DNA of 64,000 nucleotides from a virus: positions 27,317-91,316 of IMG/VR virus record IMGVR_UViG_3300032257_000004. One strand, written 5' to 3'. The notes below the pieces were generated by a model. It saw nothing but the letters and a program-made list of their open reading frames with translations, made no database searches and had not been told where the DNA came from. A program made the translations under genes and the position numbers. Positions 56,713 to 64,000 of this stretch are shown here, in pieces (positions within the stretch are counted from its first letter, which is position 1; the number at the start of each line of letters is the position of its first letter).

Positions 56713-57842
56713 TGCTAAATCCACTCGCTGACGACCTCCAGATCACGTTCTGGGCCCGACAAGCTCTCGGGGGGAAAGTTCTGGTGAACGGCATGGCCGA
56801 ATACCTGAACGGGTTTCCAACCGACCTTCGCGCTATGCCGCCCGATGTTCGAATCCTCCACGTCGAGGACGGGGAAACTATTCCGGACCGAACACCCATC
56901 GCGACAATCTACACGGGCCCCATCGCAAGTGTTATTCAAAACCAAACCCTGATGCGAATGATGGGGCACTTCTTTCACCACTGCTCGCGGGAAATCAATC
57001 GCGCCGCGAACTCCCGAGTGCTGGCCAAAGAACTCATGCGTATCTACGCAGCGGACGGAATCGTTTGGGACCAAGCCGTGGACTTCATGTCGTGGATTCC
57101 GGACAACGGGCACTCCTACAGATTATTCTGGCACCGAACTATGGAACCCTGCTTTAGCGACGCGATGGACTTGGAAATCGCCAGCTACGGTCCGGAACTT
57201 ACGACCGATTGGTATTTGAACGAATTCCAAGAACGGGGGCATACGGCGCGACTGACTGGTATGGACCCCAGTTCGGCCCTCAGATCATTTCTGCTGGAGC
57301 GGAACAAATACACCGTTCTGAACCAGTACCGGAACACCGGGCTGACCCTGCGCATAGACTGGGACACTCGGAGTCCTCTGTCCTCCATTCCTATGTTCGT
57401 GGACATGCTGACTGATGCCTACGGGTACAATACCGATTCGATGGGGAGGAAAATGCTTCCCGATTTTATGAAACTCCGGCCCCGATATATTGGGAAGGAT
57501 ATTCAGGCGATTCCGAGGGCTCTGGTCGAACTCCAAAATCGCGGCGTGAGCCTCAAAGGCATTCAGCCTGTACTTCGGAACAGTATTCTGGACCAGAAAG
57601 ACTTGGTTGAGTGCCAGTGGTTCGTTTCCGCGTGGCACAACCGCAAACTCGGGAACTGGGTGGGTGTCAACAGTACCGACTATATGAATGGCCTGTCTAC
57701 TGAGAAAGGGCCGTTGATGGTGCTGCGCGACTGTGGTAAGATCGTCGTATCTCAAGGGACCGACACCGGCATCATGGTGCCATTTGAAGAAATGGGGCAC
57801 GTGGACCGGGACGCAATAAGGGGAAGAGCCAGATGGTCTTGA
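56712..57842 (+). CDS. highly diverged nicotinamide phosphoribosyltransferase (NAMPT/NadV)-like protein
   Basis: Collinear remnants MLNPLADD, VEDGETIP, LRIDWD, YGYNTDSMGRKMLP, STEKGPL, IRGRAR; catalytic motifs degenerate. Confidence 0.6.
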   Translation: MLNPLADDLQITFWARQALGGKVLVNGMAEYLNGFPTDLRAMPPDVRILHVEDGETIPDRTPIATIYTGPIASVIQNQTLMRMMGHFFHHCSREINRAANSRVLAKELMRIYAADGIVWDQAVDFMSWIPDNGHSYRLFWHRTMEPCFSDAMDLEIASYGPELTTDWYLNEFQERGHTARLTGMDPSSALRSFLLERNKYTVLNQYRNTGLTLRIDWDTRSPLSSIPMFVDMLTDAYGYNTDSMGRKMLPDFMKLRPRYIGKDIQAIPRALVELQNRGVSLKGIQPVLRNSILDQKDLVECQWFVSAWHNRKLGNWVGVNSTDYMNGLSTEKGPLMVLRDCGKIVVSQGTDTGIMVPFEEMGHVDRDAIRGRARWS

Positions 57843-58048
57843 AAATTAGCGAACTAAGAGAAGGCATGCTAGTATATCCGACGCCCAAATGCGGATGTTT
57901 GGATATAAACGGGGCACTTCAGGTCAGAGTCGGAGGAAAAGGTGGTGATGAATTTTTTGTCTATTGCAAAGAAGGTGAACACTTTATTTGCGACCACGAC
58001 GGGGACGGAATCAGCCGCGAATTCGACAAGTACGAACGCTCTCCATGA
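57833..58048 (+). CDS. small Cys-containing hypothetical protein
   Basis: Overlapping operon context. Confidence 0.5.
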   Translation: MVLKISELREGMLVYPTPKCGCLDINGALQVRVGGKGGDEFFVYCKEGEHFICDHDGDGISREFDKYERSP

Positions 58049-58185
58049 TCTTCATCGTGAATTCGGAGAAGTAGTATACGGGTACTGCTGTAACGAATTG
58101 GCCAACATACACACTGACCACGATTCTGTAATACAGCACGTGACCGATCTAATGAATGAAATCCAAGCCGAAAAAGGGAAAATTA

Positions 58186-58470
58186 ATGGCTCGTGAATTT
58201 AAAAAAGCACCATTCGCGGAGTTTGAAGACGCCTCCGTTCGGACCGGCATGAACATGGCCGACCTTTGTGAATCGATGGGGTATTCCCCCGGCGCGTACA
58301 GTGGGTGGCAGAAAGACGACTGCATTCCGTACGTGGCTTCAGTCGCTCTGCGCACCATAGTGGCCGAACACCTGAAGGTGGCGATGATCTACGTTCCAGA
58401 GGCCGACTTCGAGACGGTGCGGAAAATTGTTATCGGGTGCGGGGGGACTTTCCGCACGGTACGGATTTGA
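58186..58470 (+). CDS. putative HTH DNA-binding protein
   Basis: GMNMADLCESMGYSPGAYSGW resembles a Cro/XRE HTH. Confidence 0.55.
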   Translation: MAREFKKAPFAEFEDASVRTGMNMADLCESMGYSPGAYSGWQKDDCIPYVASVALRTIVAEHLKVAMIYVPEADFETVRKIVIGCGGTFRTVRI

Positions 58471-58545
58471 GAATATAGCTCAGCTGGACAGAGCAGCCGA
58501 CTTCTAATCGGCAGGTCGGGGGTTCGAATCCTCCTATTCTCGCCA
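58469..58545 (+). tRNA. tRNA-Arg (anticodon UCU)
   Basis: Cloverleaf: GAGAATA/TATTCTC acceptor, D arm, GCCGA-CTTCTAA-TCGGC, GTTCGAATC, encoded CCA. Confidence 0.95.
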
Positions 58546-58559
58546 AAAAAGGAAAGACT

Positions 58560-58973
58560 ATGGTTGAACTAGAAAAACATCCCCGATGGGTTACCCAGAC
58601 TACATTTTACGATCCAAACAGCCCTAACAAAGGCAACTGTACAGAAGCAGCAGTAGCTTCCATTCTCAACATCCCCCTTGAAGAAGTCCCCAACTTTAGA
58701 AATGAGGGTGAAGATAACTTCTGGGACACTTTCGAGAAATTTCTTCTTTCTAAGGGATTTTTTGCTTTTTTATGCCCCAACTTTCATCCGGAGACTTTGT
58801 ATTTAGCATCCGGAATGTCTAATAGAGGGGTGATGCACATGGTGGTTTATAGGGACGGCGACCTTTATTGGGACCCTCACCCATCTCGATCAGGAATCGA
58901 CAAAGTTGAACATACTTATACTTTAATCCCACTGGACCCCGGAAAGAACAGGAACAAAAGAAACCGGCGTTAA
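58560..58973 (+). CDS. hypothetical protein, C39-like Cys/His/Asp pattern
   Basis: GNCTEAAVASIL...HMVV...WDPHP. Confidence 0.6.
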   Translation: MVELEKHPRWVTQTTFYDPNSPNKGNCTEAAVASILNIPLEEVPNFRNEGEDNFWDTFEKFLLSKGFFAFLCPNFHPETLYLASGMSNRGVMHMVVYRDGDLYWDPHPSRSGIDKVEHTYTLIPLDPGKNRNKRNRR

Positions 58974-59201
58974 TGTTCAAGGGCTAACGCTCTGCTGAGA
59001 AGATGCTCCGGCATGCGTTTTTTGAACAAATTCATTTCTTAAATCGTTCCCTCCTGTTTTTGGCCAAACTTAAGTTCCTGCCCTTCATGACTAGGGTAGG
59101 GCGACCCTTGCCGAACCCATCGGCAAGACTGTTCCTTCGGGACTTCTGGCCCGTCATAAGCTGTTTCTTCATTGCTGAGAACGCAGATTTTCGAAGATCG
59201 A

Positions 59202-59477
59202 TCAATGGACTGTAACCTCAGTTAGAAAACACTGTTTATTGACATCGTCCCCAATTAGGATCGACACTGGCACCCCATCGTCGCCATAAGCGAACACCTC
59301 AAGGGTGGGCTGAAACGAACAACTACTGGTAGATTGAGGCTTTACGGCTTCAAGAAGGAATAACCGAGTACTTCCACGATCAGTAGTAAACGTGAACGGT
59401 GTGCCCTGCTTGGCCGTTTTCAGTGCTTCAAAAGCTTTCATGCCCTTAAGGCTACCACGGAGACGTGCTGTCCGCAA
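59202..59477 (-). CDS. hypothetical protein (start uncertain)
   Basis: 91-aa ORF. Confidence 0.4.
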   Translation of the reverse strand: MRTARLRGSLKGMKAFEALKTAKQGTPFTFTTDRGSTRLFLLEAVKPQSTSSCSFQPTLEVFAYGDDGVPVSILIGDDVNKQCFLTEVTVH

Positions 59478-59493
59478 GTCATGTCATGTCATT

Positions 59494-59579
59494 CAACCCA
59501 ATTGCACCCAAATATTTCTGAGATATTTTAAAAAAGAAAAAAAGAAATATATTATACCCAACCCAATTGCAACCAATAT
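59494..59579. repeat. direct repeat CAACCCAATTGCA(C/A)CCAA(A)TAT flanking an A-rich tract
   Basis: Copies at 59494-59515 and 59559-59579. Confidence 0.7.
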
Positions 59580-59624
59580 CCGTAGTCCTTGCGGTCGTTA
59601 TACGCCCCGCGCGGCCCCCGCCGC

Positions 59625-59653
59625 TTGCGCGGGGGGCCGCGCTGTGCTACGAT
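59625..59653 (+). promoter_or_regulatory. promoter for the U-less RNA, -35 inside an inverted repeat
   Basis: TTGCGC-17-TACGAT with TG extension; inverted repeat 59609-59642. Confidence 0.7.
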
Positions 59654-59659
59654 TCGGGA

Positions 59660-60113
59660 GTCGGGCGGCGCAGCGCCCCCGGCCCCCGCCGGGGGGAGCC
59701 CCGGCCCCGCCCCCGGCCCCGCCGGAGGCGGGCGGAGAAAGGAGCAGAACGACGCCAGACCAGACGGACCCCGCGAATCGCGGCGAGCCACCAGCACCCG
59801 GAGCCGAACCGAAGCCCGACCCCCCGCCGAGAGGCGGCAGGCAGAGCCCAAGGCAGACCGACCGGGGCCCCCCACGGGGGGAGGCAGACAAGGGAGAGAA
59901 CACAGCCGGAGACCCCCGGCGCGAGGCCCCGAGAGGGGCGGAGCGCAGGCAGGACCGGCGACCGAGGGAGACCGAACCGCCCCGAACCGAGAGGACGCGA
60001 GACAGCCACGCAGGCAGACCACCGCCCGAGCCGCGAAGCGCGAACACCGAAGGCAAGGCAGGCAAGGCCCCACGGGAAAGCAAAGCCGAAACGCCGCACC
60101 GACACGCGGCGTC
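59660..60113 (+). ncRNA. putative ~454-nt uridine-depleted structured RNA released by hammerhead 1
   Basis: Only one T (59778) in 59662-60111; bounded by a promoter and a ribozyme cleavage site. Confidence 0.65.
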
Positions 60114-60152
60114 CGCATGGGCGGGCCCCATGCGCTGACGAGGCATCCCGCC
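60085..60152 (+). ncRNA. hammerhead ribozyme, type II (HH1); cleavage after C60113
   Basis: GCC-GAAA-CGCCGC/GCGGCG-TC-CGCATGGG/CCCATGCG-CTGACGA-GGC; GGCGGG (60120-60125) can pair with CCCGCC (60147-60152). Confidence 0.88.
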
Positions 60153-60180
60153 GAGCAGAACCACAACGAAGGACGACATC

Positions 60181-60678
60181 ATGTCGAATGCAACCGAAGC
60201 ACAAGGCGAGTGCACAAACGCCACCCCCGAAGCCGAGGCGCACGATCCGAAGCGCCCCATCCGGAACATCTCCGCGATGAAAACCCCGGCGCTCCGGAAG
60301 CGCCTGCAGGACGCGGGCTTGGACGTGGCCCCACGGGCCAATCGCGCCCGCCTGATTGAGGCGGCACGGGCCGCTGGCCTTTGGCGCTACGATGGCGACC
60401 AAGTACCGGCCAAGTACAAGGCCAAGTACGGACGCACCCAATCGTGCGACGACGACGTGGCCACGTCGCTCAAGGACGCAGTCACCGGAGCCGATGGCTC
60501 CTGCGATCTGGACGCCGTCCGGAACGTGGCGATCGCGAATGACATCGATCCCAAGCGCTGGGGCCACTTGAACGTGGGCATGCAGCGCATGAATCTCGGG
60601 AATGTCCTGAGGGCGATGGTCAAGCGCGGTGAGTACGTCATCGTGGGCACTTCGGAGTGGAATCCGGAAGCCGCCTAG
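60181..60678 (+). CDS. first early gene after HH1; hypothetical
   Basis: ACAACGAAGGA RBS; paralogous domain in 10783-11232. Confidence 0.8.
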   Translation: MSNATEAQGECTNATPEAEAHDPKRPIRNISAMKTPALRKRLQDAGLDVAPRANRARLIEAARAAGLWRYDGDQVPAKYKAKYGRTQSCDDDVATSLKDAVTGADGSCDLDAVRNVAIANDIDPKRWGHLNVGMQRMNLGNVLRAMVKRGEYVIVGTSEWNPEAA

Positions 60679-60741
60679 GCCAACCACGGAGAGCGGGGGC
60701 GAGAGCCCCCGCGATCCAATCAACCAACGAAGGAGAATACG

Positions 60742-60966
60742 ATGCAGATGATGATTGTTGTTGACGCCGCAATACACGGCGACGTCGAGATGGGGCGATC
60801 TTTTGCCGCCCAACTCGGATGGAAACCAGAACTCCAGCAGGAAGTGAATCCGAAGATCGGATACTTCCAGCTGGTAGTGCCTGAATACATCGCAGACCAC
60901 ATAGCCGAATTCGGATGGATAGAGTTTAGCACTCCGAAATTCCGAATCGAGATCACGTGGCCCTAG
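60742..60966 (+). CDS. hypothetical early protein
   Basis: CAACGAAGGAGAA RBS. Confidence 0.7.
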   Translation: MQMMIVVDAAIHGDVEMGRSFAAQLGWKPELQQEVNPKIGYFQLVVPEYIADHIAEFGWIEFSTPKFRIEITWP

Positions 60967-61035
60967 ATCGAAACCAAGGCGAGCGCGCGAATGCGCTCGC
61001 TGCGGTCTGCAGGTTGGTCCTGCACTGACGAGATC
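60966..61035 (+). ncRNA. hammerhead ribozyme, type II (HH2); cleavage after C61007
   Basis: GATC-GAAA-CC..GGCGAGCGC/GCGCTCGCT..GG-TC-TGCAGG/CCTGCA-CTGACGA-GATC. Confidence 0.88.
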
Positions 61036-61054
61036 AGTAACGAAGGAGAATGAA

Positions 61055-61300
61055 ATGAATAGAATCCAAATAGAGCGCGATAGCGCCGAATGGGATCGGA
61101 CGCTCGCCTTTCAGGAGGCGTTCATTCAGTGGTTCGGCATCGCCGGATTTGCGCTGATTTTTATTGGCGGAGCCGGAGCGATCATCTTCGGAAGCAATCA
61201 CATGGTCGGCCTGACTATCTGGTCGATGTGCGTTGCCTTCGTTGGCGTGGCGATGTTGATGCTGACGCCTTATTGGCGCACGATTGCGGAGAGCGACTAA
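61055..61300 (+). CDS. small membrane protein
   Basis: Two hydrophobic segments; AACGAAGGAGAA RBS. Confidence 0.7.
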   Translation: MNRIQIERDSAEWDRTLAFQEAFIQWFGIAGFALIFIGGAGAIIFGSNHMVGLTIWSMCVAFVGVAMLMLTPYWRTIAESD

Positions 61301-61452
61301 TGGTCCGCCTCTTGGTAGTGCTGGCCTACGCAGGCAGCATGGTAATGATCGGCCTTGCCCTTTTGGGCGGGGTCGATTTCATCACGGGAATAATGGCATC
61401 GCTCGGAATGGCCGCAGCGGGCAAGATGATCGAAGGAGATCACTGCGACTAA
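61300..61452 (+). CDS. small membrane protein (50 aa)
   Basis: TAATG coupling; hydrophobic. Confidence 0.55.
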   Translation: MVRLLVVLAYAGSMVMIGLALLGGVDFITGIMASLGMAAAGKMIEGDHCD

Positions 61453-61774
61453 CTACATGCTTTCCCTTTAGGTCGCCGGTCAACCTCTCCGGCTGTGTTC
61501 ACCTGTATTTGTGTGTGGTTGGCTAGAATGCATATCGATTCATGAGCGGAATTTGTGTGAAGACGAATGGAACCAATCCCGGTTTATAGGCGGACCTTTG
61601 TTTTTCTTTAGAATAGATGTCGATTCTTAGGCGAATCTTTTTTCTTTTTTCTGGAATCAACGTCGGTTCTTAAGCGGGCGTTGGAATGCGTTCGGAATCG
61701 GCCTTGACGCGCAGCCCCCGCCGTGGTATGGTACGGATGCGGCACTCCGCCGCGAACAACGAAGGACGAATACA

Positions 61775-62266
61775 ATGAACGTGAACCAATTCATCGAGCG
61801 GATTCTGAATCGGACGTACGATCCACAGAACACGCGGGTTGCATTCGGGGCGGCGGTATCGCCGGAATTCCTGATCCCAGCGGAAGACGTGGGACCGGAA
61901 CTTATGAAGGTGGACGGCGAGGATGTCCTGATTCTCGTGAGCGGAATACGGGCTCGCGGGTTCGACACGCTAGTCGGCGAAATCCGGACCGAGTTCTTGG
62001 CAGAGACGGCCAAAGAACGAGACGAGCCCCGGACCGAATACTTCATCGGTTATTCTGGGCCCCGCGACGAGGCGGACAACTTCCTAGGTCTGATGGGAGT
62101 GGAACTCGTAGAGGTCGAACAGGAGTTAGACGACGGGTTCGTTGCGCTGGCCCTCCTACCCGGTTCGATGGCGGAACTACTGAAAGCCAACGGCGAACTG
62201 GAATTCAGATCAGGCGAATGCACCCTGAACGTAGACATGCCAGACCACTGGCCAGCGGGGCAGTAG
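61775..62266 (+). CDS. acidic hypothetical early protein
   Basis: Own promoter and RBS; terminator follows. Confidence 0.75.
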   Translation: MNVNQFIERILNRTYDPQNTRVAFGAAVSPEFLIPAEDVGPELMKVDGEDVLILVSGIRARGFDTLVGEIRTEFLAETAKERDEPRTEYFIGYSGPRDEADNFLGLMGVELVEVEQELDDGFVALALLPGSMAELLKANGELEFRSGECTLNVDMPDHWPAGQ

Positions 62267-62278
62267 AACACAGGGAGA

Positions 62279-62310
62279 GCGCGGGCTTCGGTCCGCGTTT
62301 TTTCTTTTTT
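62279..62310 (+). terminator. intrinsic terminator
   Basis: GCGCGGGC-TTCG-GTCCGCGT followed by a T tract. Confidence 0.85.
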
Positions 62311-62431
62311 GTGGAATAGGTATCGATTCTACGGCGAACCGGAACTAAGTCGGAATCGGGGTTGCGCGCAGCCCCCGTCTGTGGTACGGTACGGATGCGG
62401 CACGACGCCGCGAACAACGAAGGAAAACAGA

Positions 62432-62827
62432 ATGAAAACGAACCTAGAACTAGCGGCAGAGACCGCCTTCTGGTGCCAGAGCGACGAAGCCGTCGCACAG
62501 CGGACAGACGCGGAACAGACCGCGACCGAATTTCTTCTGGAAGAAATGGACCGAATCGTAAACGACCCGAAAAAAGGCGATTCGGTGGTGATTCGGATGA
62601 AGGGCGAATTCGAAACCGAGATCGCAATAGTCGACTCCAACCACCTTGAATTCCTGAAAACGGAATTTGTTAACAACGACCGATTCGAATTTGAACCCAA
62701 CCCAACCGAAGTGGAAGACAAAATCGGATTCACGATCAGAGAGGGGTTCTTTCACTTCCTCACCGACAAGGACGCGGAATCCACCGCAGAATACCTTACC
62801 TGGTGGGAAAACGGTTCGGACCTCTGA
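62432..62827 (+). CDS. acidic hypothetical early protein
   Basis: Start at the ATG after ACAACGAAGGA. Confidence 0.75.
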   Translation: MKTNLELAAETAFWCQSDEAVAQRTDAEQTATEFLLEEMDRIVNDPKKGDSVVIRMKGEFETEIAIVDSNHLEFLKTEFVNNDRFEFEPNPTEVEDKIGFTIREGFFHFLTDKDAESTAEYLTWWENGSDL

Positions 62828-62913
62828 ACCCGCCATGAACGGGGGTTGCGCGCAGCCCCCGCCTATGGTATGGTATTAGTGCGGCGGTTTGCCGCGAACG
62901 AAGGAGAACGAAA

Positions 62914-63138
62914 ATGGCCTATTCAATACGAATCAACGAGTGGCAACGGAAGTTGCTGGTGGAAGCCATCCAGAACACGCCCTTGGGGGCGATGCCGAAA
63001 ATCGCGGAGAGTGACAATTTCGGTCCCTGCCCCCCGGACGCCGAGGCACAGGAAGCTTGGACCTTGGTTCAGATGTTGGAAGGTCTCCCCGCGCTGGAAG
63101 CGGAGAGCCCCGGCATCCTGAACCTACTCTGCGAGTAG
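62914..63138 (+). CDS. hypothetical early protein
   Basis: Own promoter and RBS. Confidence 0.7.
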   Translation: MAYSIRINEWQRKLLVEAIQNTPLGAMPKIAESDNFGPCPPDAEAQEAWTLVQMLEGLPALEAESPGILNLLCE

Positions 63139-63220
63139 AAGCGGACCGGAACGGGGGTTGCGCTGTCGCAGCCCCCGTGGTACGATTTGGGACTGACAGA
63201 CACAACGAAGGAAAAACGGA

Positions 63221-63532
63221 ATGTCGATTTACTACGTATTCGTGGGGACGAAGATCACCCGGAAATTGGTAACAGAGGCGACACTGGGAACGGACGCGGA
63301 GATATTCGTCCGAGAGGAGGGCGGAAAAGAATTCGCACTCGTGGTGGACGGCAATTACCTTTGGATTCACGACACGCCAGAGCGGACCACTGCGGCGAAA
63401 TACGGTCGAAACGACCCGACACCATGCCTCGAATGGCTGGAGGATAGGTTCGACGTCGAGATTTTCGACGAATACGACCCAAGATTCGAAAACCACCTCG
63501 AAGGAACCGACATCACGGTGTTGGAATTTTAG
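63221..63532 (+). CDS. hypothetical early protein
   Basis: Own promoter and RBS. Confidence 0.7.
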   Translation: MSIYYVFVGTKITRKLVTEATLGTDAEIFVREEGGKEFALVVDGNYLWIHDTPERTTAAKYGRNDPTPCLEWLEDRFDVEIFDEYDPRFENHLEGTDITVLEF

Positions 63533-63623
63533 CGGAACCAACCCGGAACGGGGGTTGCGCTGTCGCAGCCCCCGTGGTATGGTACTAGTGCGGCAAGAGA
63601 CCGCGTAACGAAGGAGAATTGAA

Positions 63624-63824
63624 ATGAAACTGCACGTTTGCACAATCTCGGTCGAGGGCTTCGACCATGACTTTGACGTCGTTCTGGTGGCGGACAGCGC
63701 ACCGGAACTGGAGCGGATCGTCAAGGAACACTACGACCACTGCTGTCGGGAGGGTGGGGATAATTCCAAGCTTCGTTCGAATTGGACGACGGCCATCTTG
63801 AACGACGCCTCGGTGATCTTCTGA
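63624..63824 (+). CDS. hypothetical early protein
   Basis: Own promoter and RBS. Confidence 0.7.
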   Translation: MKLHVCTISVEGFDHDFDVVLVADSAPELERIVKEHYDHCCREGGDNSKLRSNWTTAILNDASVIF

Positions 63825-64000
63825 TGGGAACGGTCATCGACAGACTCGAACAGGTGTTCTCGAAGGACAAGAGCATCGAGAACCCTCGCGCCACGGCACT
63901 TCGCCACGCCCTCTACGGAAGCGGCGACTGGCACCTCGAAGAACTTTGCCACCTCGAAGACGAACAACTGATTCGTCTGGAACGCATCATGAAACGGAGC
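63824..64000 (+). CDS. hypothetical protein, truncated by the window edge
   Basis: TGATG coupling; open to the end of the window. Confidence 0.5.
   Translation, partial: MGTVIDRLEQVFSKDKSIENPRATALRHALYGSGDWHLEELCHLEDEQLIRLERIMKRS

Larger units (their letters stand above)
61704..63583 (+). repeat. repeated promoter-RBS cassettes in front of single early genes
   Basis: Promoters at 61704-61732, 62362-62390, 62846-62874, 63158-63186 and 63555-63583, each TTG(A/C)-type -35, GCAGCCCCC spacer, TGG-TAyGrT. Confidence 0.85.

Noticed and set aside
59392-60900. Long Pro/Arg/Gly-rich ORFs in all six frames
   Set aside because: Compositional artefact: no T on + and no A on - means no stop codons on either strand. 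There is no RBS or plausible protein.

Overview
A 64 kb segment of a tailed siphovirus-type phage genome, probably infecting an alphaproteobacterium (inferred from its permuted two-piece tmRNA). Layout: nucleotide metabolism and replication genes on + (1-11.5 kb: NrdA/NrdB, MazG-like, PolA, dCMP deaminase, DEDDh exonuclease). Lysis, lambda-like tail (including a 4,730-aa tip/fibre protein), head and packaging genes on - (11.5-46 kb). A helicase-datZ-purZ-dNMP kinase-thyX block on - (46-51.5 kb) indicates a 2-aminoadenine (Z) genome. An RNA-rich island (53-61 kb) is followed by an array of small early genes, each with its own promoter. Highlights of the RNA island: (1) a promoter-driven 450-nt stretch with only one T on the + strand that ends exactly at the cleavage site of a type II hammerhead ribozyme, with a second hammerhead 0.9 kb downstream; (2) a Ro60/TROVE gene preceded by a tandem array of five Y-RNA-like genes with different internal modules; (3) a permuted tmRNA with a long structured intervening segment, followed by a terminator whose loop is antisense to the extended ribosome-binding motif shared by eight early genes; (4) a degenerate NAMPT-like protein. 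All calls come from reading the sequence and from motif recognition; no database searches were run.
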